Positions 1-9,008 of a stretch of DNA of 35,482 nucleotides are shown in pieces. A program made the translations under genes and the position numbers. The notes beneath the pieces were generated by a model that searched no databases, had not been told where the DNA came from, and was given only the letters and a program-made list of their open reading frames with translations. The stretch's first letter is position 1. Every line of letters starts with the position of its first letter. Origin of the DNA: Candidatus Parcubacteria bacterium (GTDB taxonomy: Bacteria > Patescibacteriota > Patescibacteriia > CAIXNZ01); the NCBI GenBank assembly GCA_026395675.1, contig JAPLYF010000030.1:1-35482 (forward strand), given 5' to 3'.

Positions 1-1
1 T

Positions 2-874
2 TAGATCCTGGCCAGATGATTCCTGATGCCGGCTCAGGTCATAGTCAGTGCGGTAAGCAATGGCCCATAATTCATCCTGGCCAAAAGGAAATTCATATTC
101 CATATCAATTGTCCTTTTGGAATAAAAGGCCCGTTCTTTTTCCGGAATTTCATGGTCATGCATTTTCTTCCGATTCAGGCCTAGCAAGTCCATAAAGCCA
201 TGCATATAATCAACCCAGTCCTCGAAAATCTTTTCCCACTTAGCATGCGGCGCAATAAAATATTCAATTTCCATTTGTTCAAATTCAATGGTTCTGAAAA
301 TAAAATTGCCCGTGGTAATTTCATTTCTAAAGGCCTTGCCAATCTGGCCAATGCCAAACGGAATTTTATTATTAGAGGAATTTAAAACATTTTTAAAATT
401 AATAAATATGGCCTGGGCTGTTTCAGGCCTCAAATAAGTGACAACGCCTTCTTTTTCTACCGGGCCAATCACTGTTTGAAACATGCCGGAAAATAATTTT
501 TCTTCAGTTAATTTCCCCCCGCATTCAGGACATTTGCTGGCATCCTCTATTTTATCTGGCCTATATCTTTTATGGCATTTTTTGCATTCCACCAAAGGAT
601 CTTTGAAATTCTTCACATGACCTGAGGCCTCCCAGACCTTGGGGCTTAAAATAATATTGCCGTCTATGCCAACCATATCTTCCCTAGCTTCAATAAAATA
701 TTTCCACCAGAGATGTTTAATATTGTTTTTAAATTCAACTCCTAAAGGACCATAATCATAGGTTGAAGCCAAACCCCCATAAATTTCTGAACCAGGAAAA
801 ACAAAGCCGCGCCTTTTGCAAAGCGAAACGATTTTTTCCATTTTATTCTCATCTTGTTTTTTCACTTTTTTCAT
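2..874 (-). CDS. glyQS: Glycine--tRNA ligase, single-subunit class II type; runs off the window's left edge
   Basis: Not in the ORF track. Manual translation from ATG 874 gives [45 protein letters not shown] and [12 protein letters not shown], typical GlyRS motifs. Confidence 0.95.
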   Translation of the reverse strand, partial: MKKVKKQDENKMEKIVSLCKRRGFVFPGSEIYGGLASTYDYGPLGVEFKNNIKHLWWKYFIEAREDMVGIDGNIILSPKVWEASGHVKNFKDPLVECKKCHKRYRPDKIEDASKCPECGGKLTEEKLFSGMFQTVIGPVEKEGVVTYLRPETAQAIFINFKNVLNSSNNKIPFGIGQIGKAFRNEITTGNFIFRTIEFEQMEIEYFIAPHAKWEKIFEDWVDYMHGFMDLLGLNRKKMHDHEIPEKERAFYSKRTIDMEYEFPFGQDELWAIAYRTDYDLSRHQESSGQDL

Positions 875-917
875 ACTTAAAATTCTAATTTTTATTTAAG
901 ATTTCAACTTTCATAAT

Positions 918-961
918 TCAGCCTTCGCTGACCGAAGTCAGCTACGGCTGACGAAGGTCAG
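918..961. repeat. Family A palindromic micro-element inside a TTCAKAW heptamer tract (~901-980)
   Basis: TCAG CCTTCG CTGA CCGAAG TCAG CTACGG CTGA CGAAGG TCAG; related copies at 3765, 8943, 10589 and 14810. Confidence 0.85.
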
Positions 962-979
962 ATTTCAGAATTCAGAATT

Positions 980-1543
980 CTACACTGTCATTATTTCCTT
1001 TTCTTTATCTTTGGTTAATGTCTCCAGCTTACTGTTCAAATCACTGATATAATTATCCAAATCAGCCAGAAATTGGAATTTATCATCTTGAGTAACTGAC
1101 TTTCCTTTTTCCGCCTCGATAATGGCTTCTTTTACCTTATCGCGAATCTGGCGCAAGCTAATTTTCGCTGTTTCACTTTTTTGGCCTAATAATTTTGTCA
1201 GTTCCTTTCGATTTTCTTCGGTCATGGCCGGTAGTTTGGCAATAATTTTTTCTCCAGTATTAATTATAGATAAACCCAAATTTGAATAATTTAAAGATTT
1301 TTCCACGTCTTTCAAAATATTTTTATCCCAGGGTTCAATGCTAATACTTTTGGCCTCAGGGATGCTGATAGCCGCTAATTGCTTAAGCGGCGTGTGAGCG
1401 CCATAGGATTCGACCATCACGCTTTCAACCAGTGCTGTCTGCGCCCGGCCTGTCCTCAGCGAGCTAATTTCTTTTTTAAAATGCTCAATTGCTTCCTCAA
1501 AATCTTTTTTCTTTTGCTCTATAAATTGATTAGTTTTAATCAT
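980..1543 (-). CDS. frr: Ribosome recycling factor
   Basis: LRTGRA, VESYG, IEPWDK, MTEENRKEL motifs; 187 aa. Confidence 0.97.
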   Translation of the reverse strand: MIKTNQFIEQKKKDFEEAIEHFKKEISSLRTGRAQTALVESVMVESYGAHTPLKQLAAISIPEAKSISIEPWDKNILKDVEKSLNYSNLGLSIINTGEKIIAKLPAMTEENRKELTKLLGQKSETAKISLRQIRDKVKEAIIEAEKGKSVTQDDKFQFLADLDNYISDLNSKLETLTKDKEKEIMTV

Positions 1544-1557
1544 AGAAAAAAATTTTA

Positions 1558-2664
1558 TTATTTTGATTTAACTCCTAGGTAGATTATCTTTGGATTCTGC
1601 TGATCAATCAGCAGTATATTAACCAGACCGCTCGAAGGTGATTTTTGAGTAGCCCAATTTTTACCACCATCGCCAGAAACATAGATTGTTGTGTCAGTCC
1701 CGTAGTAAATAAGTTTATCATTTTTGGGATCAACTGCTATACCATAAATATTGGCACCTCTTTCCGGCGTTATTAATTCTATGTTTTGCCAGGTCAGACC
1801 GCCATCGGTTGTTTTTAAGAGTCCATATTTTGAAGCCATAACCAAAGTGTTTTTTTGCGTCAAATCCTGGACTAAGTTATGAAACTGTTTAGAATCATAA
1901 AAACCGTCCAGACCTTTATTGAGATCTGTTTCTGGTTTTTCATCGCTCCAGGTCTTGCCGCCATCAATGGTTTTAAAAATGCCGGCTGAGTCTGTGGCAA
2001 AATAAATAATGCGCGTATCATCTTTATCAACCAAAATCTGCTTAATCGGATTATTGATGCGTTTTATTGTCTGCCAGGTTTTGCCAAAATCCATACTTTT
2101 TAAAATCTCACCAAAATTATTGGCCGCGTAAACAATATTCTTATTGTAATCTTCTGTGGCCACGGTGCTAAACTGCAATTCCGGACGACTTTTGTCAAAA
2201 TATAGTTCCTGCCAGGTGCGCAGACAATCACTACTTTTATAAATTGACTGGCCTGCTGCGACAAAGACATTGCATTTATTAAAATAATCTACTGCCACGC
2301 TGTTTATGGGTGAAGTGCCAAAAAGCGCTGCCTGCTGCCAGCTCTCTGCTCCAGTCAGAGAATAATATAATCCCTTATCAGTCGCGGCATAAAGGGTGTT
2401 GTGATCAGCAGGATCAAAAATTAACTGATAGATAGAAGTGTCAGAGATAGCCAGTAATTTGCCAGTAACATTGGCTAAAAGTGACTTTGTCTTCCAGCTG
2501 GCGCTGGCATCATCTGATCTAAAAATGCCCAAGGGCAAAGCCAATGCCTGGGGCGAAGACGGCGTATTGGTTATGGAAAAAATGCAGCCAGATATTGTTA
2601 AAGACAAAAAAATAAGGGCCAAAAAAAAGATTGCTTTTTTAATTTTATAATTTATTTTTAGCAT
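1558..2664 (-). CDS. Predicted lipoprotein with BNR/Asp-box beta-propeller (YCF48/sortilin-like)
   Basis: Lipobox ISGC; repeated S/T-x-D-x-G-x-T/S-W Asp-boxes. Confidence 0.8.
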   Translation of the reverse strand: MLKINYKIKKAIFFLALIFLSLTISGCIFSITNTPSSPQALALPLGIFRSDDASASWKTKSLLANVTGKLLAISDTSIYQLIFDPADHNTLYAATDKGLYYSLTGAESWQQAALFGTSPINSVAVDYFNKCNVFVAAGQSIYKSSDCLRTWQELYFDKSRPELQFSTVATEDYNKNIVYAANNFGEILKSMDFGKTWQTIKRINNPIKQILVDKDDTRIIYFATDSAGIFKTIDGGKTWSDEKPETDLNKGLDGFYDSKQFHNLVQDLTQKNTLVMASKYGLLKTTDGGLTWQNIELITPERGANIYGIAVDPKNDKLIYYGTDTTIYVSGDGGKNWATQKSPSSGLVNILLIDQQNPKIIYLGVKSK

Positions 2665-2666
2665 AA

Positions 2667-3689
2667 CTATAAATTTATGACTAAATTTTCCACGGCTAAG
2701 CGCGGATTTATATTATAATTTAAAAATTTCTTTACCTGATTAATATTTTTTTGCAGTTCAATAATTTTGACTGCTTTAATTTCTTTGGCTAAATTCTCTG
2801 TCTCCTTCTGAAAATGTATATTTGAGATCAAATGTCCCAGATTATTTTGGACCAATAAAATATCTCTCAAAAAAAGCTGCCAGTTTTCCAAATTCTGATT
2901 TATGACTACTTGCTTTTCTAAATTAGTAGAACTCTCTGTCAATAAATAGTCAACAATTTTAAATCGGGCTGACAAATTATCACCAAAAAGCTGGATAAAT
3001 TGTTTGGTTCGCTCTAAATAAATTTGATAAAAATCTGGGTTATTATAAAAATTTATAGCTAAGCCAATCTGGCCAAAAACTAAGGCGCTTAAAAGCCGGG
3101 CCTGCTCGCGACTGGCGCCTAAGCCGAGCAAATGATGAAAAATTTTTTCACTGGCAACCGGCTGAAATTTAATCACCCGGCAGCGCGAAATAATGGTCGG
3201 TAAGAGCGAACCCAAATTATTAGCTATTAAAATCAAGCTTGACTTAGGTCTGGGCTCTTCCAGAATTTTCAAAAGAGCATTCTGCGCGCTTTCGCTAAGC
3301 TCCTCAGCTTTTTCAATTAAGGCAATTTTATAGGAATTTAAAAAAGAAGACAAATATAAAATTTTTTGCATTTCTCTCACCTGCTCAACGCTAATATTTT
3401 TCTTGTCCTCTTCTTTTTTTAAAAAATAAACATCCGGGTGAATCCCTTTGTCAAATTGGCTGCAAAAAACACAGTGATTGCAGGGAAAAGATTCGGTGCT
3501 ATTTTGGTTTTGCTCATGATAATCCTGGCACAAAATTGTTTTACTGAATTCCCGAGCCAAAAAATTTTTACCAATATGTTCTTTACCCACAAATAAATAA
3601 GCGTGGGCTAATTTGTTATTAGTCAGATTTTTTTGCAGAAATTGGCTGATTTTTTCCTGACCAACTGTCTGCCAGTTGTATTTTTGCAT
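2667..3689 (-). CDS. holB: DNA polymerase III subunit delta'
   Basis: HAYLFVG, Zn-binding Cys cluster, HPDV, NALLKILEEP, TIISRC. Confidence 0.93.
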   Translation of the reverse strand: MQKYNWQTVGQEKISQFLQKNLTNNKLAHAYLFVGKEHIGKNFLAREFSKTILCQDYHEQNQNSTESFPCNHCVFCSQFDKGIHPDVYFLKKEEDKKNISVEQVREMQKILYLSSFLNSYKIALIEKAEELSESAQNALLKILEEPRPKSSLILIANNLGSLLPTIISRCRVIKFQPVASEKIFHHLLGLGASREQARLLSALVFGQIGLAINFYNNPDFYQIYLERTKQFIQLFGDNLSARFKIVDYLLTESSTNLEKQVVINQNLENWQLFLRDILLVQNNLGHLISNIHFQKETENLAKEIKAVKIIELQKNINQVKKFLNYNINPRLAVENLVINL

Positions 3690-3748
3690 GCTTTAATTAT
3701 AGCTGAAAAATTTGACCAAGTAAAGGTTAAAAAAAACCTGGCTTAAAC

Positions 3749-3877
3749 AAAAGGCTCTGTCATTCCGACCTACGTCGGCCGAAGCCGACTACGGTCGGCG
3801 AAGGCCGAAAGAAAGTGAGGAATCTAATACATCAGTGTAATAGATCCTTCGTTTCTCTCAGGATGACAGAGCCTTTT
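3749..3877. repeat. Nested REP-like composite in the mreB 3' hairpin
   Basis: 15-bp perfect IR AAAAGGCTCTGTCAT (3749-3763) / ATGACAGAGCCTTTT (3863-3877); inner GTCATTCCGA..GAGGAATCT / AGATCCTTCG..TCAGGATGAC pair; family A element at 3765-3808. Confidence 0.8.
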
Positions 3878-4883
3878 ACTTCTGCCCCAAAATTGAGCGT
3901 TTATAAAATTCCAGATTCTCCAAAGCAATGCCAGTGCCTTTGGCCACGCAAAAGAGAGCATCATCAACAACATAAGCCGGAACGCCAGTGGCTTTGGATA
4001 TTAATTGATCAATGTTGCGTAAGAGTGAAGTACCTCCGCTCATGATTATGCCTTTATCAATCACATCAGCAGCTAATTCCGGCGGTGTATGCTGCAGTAC
4101 TTCTTTTACGGTTTCAATAATGCCTTCCAATTGGGATTCGATTGCTTCCACCACATCATTGGTCGTCATGGTAATTATTCTTGGTAAGCCAGTAATCATG
4201 TCCCGACCCCTGACTTCCATGGTTAATGGCTCTTCCAAAGGCAAAGCTGAACCAATATTAATTTTTATGTCCTCAGCTGTTCTCTCGCCAATGGCTAAAT
4301 TATGATTTCTCCTGGTGTATTCCAAGATGGCCTGGTCTAATTTATTACCGCCAATTCTGACTGAAGCGCTAGCGACAATGCCGCCCAATGATATAACAGC
4401 CACTTCGGTTGTTCCTCCGCCACTATCAATAATCATATTGCCCGAAGGACTGCCTATCGGAATATTCGCGCCAATCGCTGCCACAATAGGTTCTTTAATA
4501 ATATAAGCTGCTTTGGCGCCAGCTGCCATGGTCGCATCAATTACCGCTCTTCTTTCAGTTGAGGTAATGCCAGCGGGTACGGCAACCATCACTTCCGGTC
4601 TTAAAAATCTTAAACCGCCTAAGGCCTTATTAATAAAATATCTTAACATTGCCTCGGTTGTTTTATAATCAGCGATCACTCCGTCTTTCAAAGGCCTGGA
4701 GGCAATGATTGTATCCGGTGTTTTGCCGAGCATTTCTTTGGCTTCCAAACCAACGGCCAGGATTTTTTTATCAGTCGTAGAAATAGCCACAACCGATGGT
4801 TCATTAATAACCACCCCTTTTTTGGGTAAATAAACTAAGATATTGGTTGTGCCTAGGTCAATGCCTATTTTTTTTCTAAACAT
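3876..4883 (-). CDS. mreB: Rod shape-determining actin-like protein MreB/Mbl
   Basis: GIDLGTTN, EPSVVA, DSGGGTTEVAVISLGG, GERTAE. Confidence 0.96.
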   Translation of the reverse strand: MFRKKIGIDLGTTNILVYLPKKGVVINEPSVVAISTTDKKILAVGLEAKEMLGKTPDTIIASRPLKDGVIADYKTTEAMLRYFINKALGGLRFLRPEVMVAVPAGITSTERRAVIDATMAAGAKAAYIIKEPIVAAIGANIPIGSPSGNMIIDSGGGTTEVAVISLGGIVASASVRIGGNKLDQAILEYTRRNHNLAIGERTAEDIKINIGSALPLEEPLTMEVRGRDMITGLPRIITMTTNDVVEAIESQLEGIIETVKEVLQHTPPELAADVIDKGIIMSGGTSLLRNIDQLISKATGVPAYVVDDALFCVAKGTGIALENLEFYKRSILGQK

Positions 4884-4892
4884 AGAATTTTC

Positions 4893-4997
4893 CTACGAAA
4901 TTACGAATAAGGTACGAATATACTAATAATCAAAATCTTTACAATTCGTATATTTGCCTGCCTGCCGGCAGGCAGGTAAAAAATTCGTATTTCGTAG
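4893..4997. repeat. TACRAAT/ATTYGTA junction scaffold carrying the 20-bp palindrome CCTGCCTGCCGGCAGGCAGG (4957-4976)
   Basis: Left half has repeated TACGAA(T), right half repeated (A)TTCGTA; the palindrome recurs at 14075 and 16648. Confidence 0.8.
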
Positions 4998-5003
4998 AGC
5001 TAT

Positions 5004-7061
5004 TTAAAAGCTAACCACAAAACTTTTATCCGTATCCAACGCTGCCGAGTATTTATACGAGTTATTAAACCATTCTTTTTGCTCTTCAGCTGGCGTTGCT
5101 GATTTAATATTCTTATCAAATTTTAAGTCCAAAGTCAAATTGGGAATAACGCCTGGCTGTTTCTGAATTAAAAGATTATAAGTCCCCAGGTTTATTTGTT
5201 CTACTATCTTTTTAGGCAGTTTATATTCAAAACTCAAAACGCCTGTTTCATGCGGCTCAATTGAAATAAAAGCGCCAAAGTATGTTTTGTCAAATTCTTG
5301 GCCTTTTTCAATTTGTCCTGGCTGATGCGAGGGATCTTTGATTTTGTCATTTTCCATGGCACCTTGCGAACTGATTAATTCACTGCCCAGGGGGACATAA
5401 ACTCTAGCGTAGGTTCTTAAACGCGTTGACTTCCAGGTAAAATCAGCATTGTTCTTATAGATTATTGTTACCTTGGCAATCAAATCTCCGTTTTTATTCG
5501 CAAATGAATAATTAATAGTTCGGTCCACATATTGATCTGTTTTTAAGCTGGCCATATTACTATCAACCACCATTAAATAATCATTATCAGTCTTCTGGAT
5601 CTCGCCGCCCCAATTTTTCGCCAGAATTAGTTTTTCCAAATCAGGGTCAACACTATAAAACATGACTTGTTTCTGGTCCAGCGCCTTATAAGCTATATCT
5701 AAAAGATCCGGGACTTTACTTAACGGCAAAGTAAAAAGTTTAATTTTAATCTGGTCAGACAACTTTTTAATTATCCCCTTCCTTTCAGCGATCGGTACAT
5801 TTAATTCCTGATAAAGCTTGCCCACCATCAATTCCAGCTGATCCTGATAATTGGTGTCAGTAAAAATCATGTCTTGGGCTACAATCGGACCTGTTAATTT
5901 TAAAAGGCCGCCTAATATTTCCGGCGTTATGGCGATAACACCATACAAATTTTCTTCATACGGTATAACATCGGTAATAATCACGCCTTTTTCTCCGAGA
6001 ATTTTTTGGCCTGACTTTTTAAGATCAATTAAGGCCAGATTTTCTTTCTTATATATATCCAAAGATTTTTGGGCAGTAGTGGGGAAATCAGGCTCCCAGT
6101 TAATATCCCGCAAAGACCAATTTTTCTGCTCCAAATATTTGGCAATTGGCCAGGGCGTCGGCTCCTTGACAATAGGCTGGGCTGAACGGTCCAAATTATA
6201 AACATTATCAGTATCAAATTCTTTAATCTCACCGTCTTGTAATTTCAAAATACCATAAGTGCCAATAAAGCCGCCTGTAGGACGAAGCTCTGAATTATTC
6301 TGCAGTAAAAACAAGTAGGTTTTTGCTTGATCAAAACCAACAACTTTAGGAATAACATCAAGCAGGGGCAAAACATGATCAATTAATTTCTTTACCTTTG
6401 GTAAATTCTCTTTCAAGGGGCTGATGCCGTCTTTTAAAGGTTTAACCAGCCCATTGGCTGGGATTGACTCAATGGCAACGTCAGCTTCGTCAATTTCCTT
6501 CTGGACTTCATTAAGCATGCTTTCTGACTGGACTATTTTATTCAATATTTCTTTCTTCTGCTCAGTAGTGATTGTGGCATAAGTAATTGATTCATTTTTC
6601 AAGGGCGCAGTAATATCATCAATTAATAAAACAACCTTCTGGCCGCTGTCAGTCAATTTAATACCGGCAATCAAAACCTGATCAACTGCCTTGAGTTGCG
6701 TGCCAATATACGGCACAGAGCGCACTAATTTTATCTTGTCCAACAGTTTTTGGGCCAGGTTAAAATCATCATTGGACAATTTGATGGAAGCAGCTGCCTC
6801 TTTAAATTCACGGTTAGTGAGCTGATGCATGGCCAGATCTAAATTGCCTTTGGCTGATAATGAAAATGAATATGCCGCTTGCAAATCTTTATAATATAAA
6901 GCGCCTAAAACAGCCAAAAAAATTATGGCCAAAACCAAAACAGCCAAAAAAATCTTGATTATTAAAACTAAAGATTTTTTCCAATAGGATTTTCTCGGTC
7001 TCTCCGTAATCTGCGAAAAATCAGGTTTAGGAAACTCTAAGTTTTGATTGATTTCTGACAT
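5004..7061 (-). CDS. DUF4012-domain membrane-anchored protein
   Basis: N-terminal TM; YLFLLQNNSELRPTGGFIG, LRDINWEPDFP and QKQPG motifs. Confidence 0.85.
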   Translation of the reverse strand: MSEINQNLEFPKPDFSQITERPRKSYWKKSLVLIIKIFLAVLVLAIIFLAVLGALYYKDLQAAYSFSLSAKGNLDLAMHQLTNREFKEAAASIKLSNDDFNLAQKLLDKIKLVRSVPYIGTQLKAVDQVLIAGIKLTDSGQKVVLLIDDITAPLKNESITYATITTEQKKEILNKIVQSESMLNEVQKEIDEADVAIESIPANGLVKPLKDGISPLKENLPKVKKLIDHVLPLLDVIPKVVGFDQAKTYLFLLQNNSELRPTGGFIGTYGILKLQDGEIKEFDTDNVYNLDRSAQPIVKEPTPWPIAKYLEQKNWSLRDINWEPDFPTTAQKSLDIYKKENLALIDLKKSGQKILGEKGVIITDVIPYEENLYGVIAITPEILGGLLKLTGPIVAQDMIFTDTNYQDQLELMVGKLYQELNVPIAERKGIIKKLSDQIKIKLFTLPLSKVPDLLDIAYKALDQKQVMFYSVDPDLEKLILAKNWGGEIQKTDNDYLMVVDSNMASLKTDQYVDRTINYSFANKNGDLIAKVTIIYKNNADFTWKSTRLRTYARVYVPLGSELISSQGAMENDKIKDPSHQPGQIEKGQEFDKTYFGAFISIEPHETGVLSFEYKLPKKIVEQINLGTYNLLIQKQPGVIPNLTLDLKFDKNIKSATPAEEQKEWFNNSYKYSAALDTDKSFVVSF

Positions 7062-7750
7062 GTTTATTTAAACCAAAATATTTAACAAAATATTTAATAA
7101 AAGAAGCAATGTGCCACCTGGTCATTTTATTAAAAGACCAGTGACTCAAATTTTCCAAAGCCGAAGCCCTCTCATACAAGTGTACCATTTCTGCCTCGGC
7201 CAGATAATAGACCTGATAGTTGCTTTGCCAAAAACGCCGGCACCAATCCATGTCCTCAACATAGAAAAAAAATCTTTCATCCAATAAGCCGACTTTTGTC
7301 AGAGCTTCTTTTCTGACCAGCATGCAAGCGCCCATCACCCAGTCAACTTCCAAATTAGTGGCATGATCAAATTCCAGCATCAAATGCTCATCTAATTCTT
7401 TTTTGGCAAAAGGCAAGCGCCCCAAAGGCGTGCGGCGGTATAAGATTAATCTTGGTGTCTGAAAGGTTCGGCAAGAAATCTGGTATTGGCCGTCTGGACT
7501 GATTAACTTTGGACCAGCTAAACCTACTTCAGGGTTACTTGCCAGCCGCAAACCCCAAATTTTTACCTGTCTGGATAAACTTAAGGCCGGGAAAATTTTC
7601 TTTTATCATTTTTTCACAGCCATCATTAGAACCATTATCAATCACTATTAATTCATAATCAAGATTTTTTACCGTGGCCATAACATTTTTCAAGCACTGC
7701 TTAACCAACCCCTTAGTTTTATAATTTAAGATAATGATTGATAAATTCAT
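7027..7750 (-). pseudogene. Family 2 glycosyltransferase split by an internal deletion/frameshift near 7540
   Basis: N-terminal part (7750-7535: LSIIILNY, VIDNGSND, NLGFAAG) and C-terminal part (7551-7027: VDWVMGAC, DERFFFYVEDMDWC) are in different frames, with about 33 codons missing. Confidence 0.85.
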
Positions 7751-7752
7751 AT

Positions 7753-7844
7753 GGTTACAAATACACTAATCAGTTACTAATAATACTAATTGGAAGTGAG
7801 ATAAATATTAGTATAATTAGTATAAAATTCGTAGATTAGTATCC
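7753..7844. repeat. TACRAAT/ATTYGTA junction scaffold
   Basis: GGTTACAAAT...GATTAGTATCC with internal TACTAAT/ATTAGTA units; fills the intergenic gap. Confidence 0.75.
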
Positions 7845-8875
7845 TAATTAAACCATTTTCTCATTTCCTCATCTTTTATGAGACGGTTTTTCATAATAAA
7901 TTTTCGTTTAACCCTAATGTTTTTTAATCTAGAAAAAAATTCTTTCAAACTGCCTAAGGTCGACCATTCAAAAAATAAAATGTAAAAAAACTTTTTAAAT
8001 TCGTAAAACTTAATTGACAAAAGATAGCGGCCATAAATTCTTAAACTTAAATTTTTTACTAAAACAAATAAATGGTTTTTATATGAATGGTAATTAATGA
8101 ATCTGGCCTTATTTTTTCTTAATTTTAAAGAAGTGAAAAATGAAATCTTTTCCTGGCTTCTTGCGCTGCGCTTGTGGTAAGCCACAGCCCCTGGCACATA
8201 AAAACTCTTCCAACCCCGCCAGCGCAAACGATAAGCCAAGTCCACGTCTTCCTTGTAGCTAAAAAAATCATTGTCAAAAAATTCATCCTGATAGCGGATA
8301 TCATTTAAGGCCTTACGATTATAAAGTGCGCAGGTAGCCGAGACCCCAAAAATTTCCTTGCTTTCCTTAAATTCGCCTGTGTCTTTAAGGCCTGAACCGC
8401 TATCTATTACTCTTTGGCTTTTAAAAATCTTTAAGCCAAGTGAGTCAATTATATCAGTTTTTTGGCTGCTTTTCAAGTCATCAGAGGACTCAAAATCCCA
8501 GCGTAAAATTTTACCTGTCACCGAACCCACATTTTTCTGCTGATCACAAAATTTTATTAATTCTTCCAAAAAATCTTTTTCTAATATCACATCCTGATTT
8601 AAAACTAGCACATACTCTGAATTAGTCCACAAAATCGCCTGGTTATGCGCGCGGCTAAAGCCCAAATTTTCCTTATTTTTGATCAAACGTATTTTTTCAT
8701 TAAAGAGAGGAAAAAAATTTTGTTCAATTATCTGCAGAGTTTTATCAACCGAACCATTATCAATAATAATCAAAAGATAATCCTTAAGGGTTTGTTCTAA
8801 GATTGAATTCAGGCACTCTGCCAAATATTTTTCCCCGTTCCATGTAACCAAATGAATAGAAACCTTCTCCATCAC
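7844..8875 (-). CDS. Family 2 glycosyltransferase
   Basis: IIDNGSVD, NLGFSRAHN, LNQD, FFSYKEDVDLAYR. Confidence 0.92.
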   Translation of the reverse strand: MMEKVSIHLVTWNGEKYLAECLNSILEQTLKDYLLIIIDNGSVDKTLQIIEQNFFPLFNEKIRLIKNKENLGFSRAHNQAILWTNSEYVLVLNQDVILEKDFLEELIKFCDQQKNVGSVTGKILRWDFESSDDLKSSQKTDIIDSLGLKIFKSQRVIDSGSGLKDTGEFKESKEIFGVSATCALYNRKALNDIRYQDEFFDNDFFSYKEDVDLAYRLRWRGWKSFYVPGAVAYHKRSARSQEKISFFTSLKLRKNKARFINYHSYKNHLFVLVKNLSLRIYGRYLLSIKFYEFKKFFYILFFEWSTLGSLKEFFSRLKNIRVKRKFIMKNRLIKDEEMRKWFN

Positions 8876-8942
8876 AAAATTTAAATTAATAATTAATCCC
8901 AGAATGATCCCTTGGCTAGATTTAAGTTTAAAATATCATAAT

Positions 8943-8987
8943 TCAGCCTACGCTCCGCGGTGCGGAGCTTCGGCTGACGAAGGTCAG
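8943..8987. repeat. Family A palindromic micro-element in a TTCAKAW tract
   Basis: TCAG CCTACG [CTCCGCGGTGCGGAG] CTTCGG CTGA CGAAGG TCAG. Confidence 0.8.
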
Positions 8988-9008
8988 ATTTTAGAATTCA
9001 GATTTAAT

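Noticed and set aside
875-979. T-box leader for glyQS (likewise pheS)
   Set aside because: No T-box consensus; the gap is occupied by repeats, and pheS lies 9 bp from rseP.
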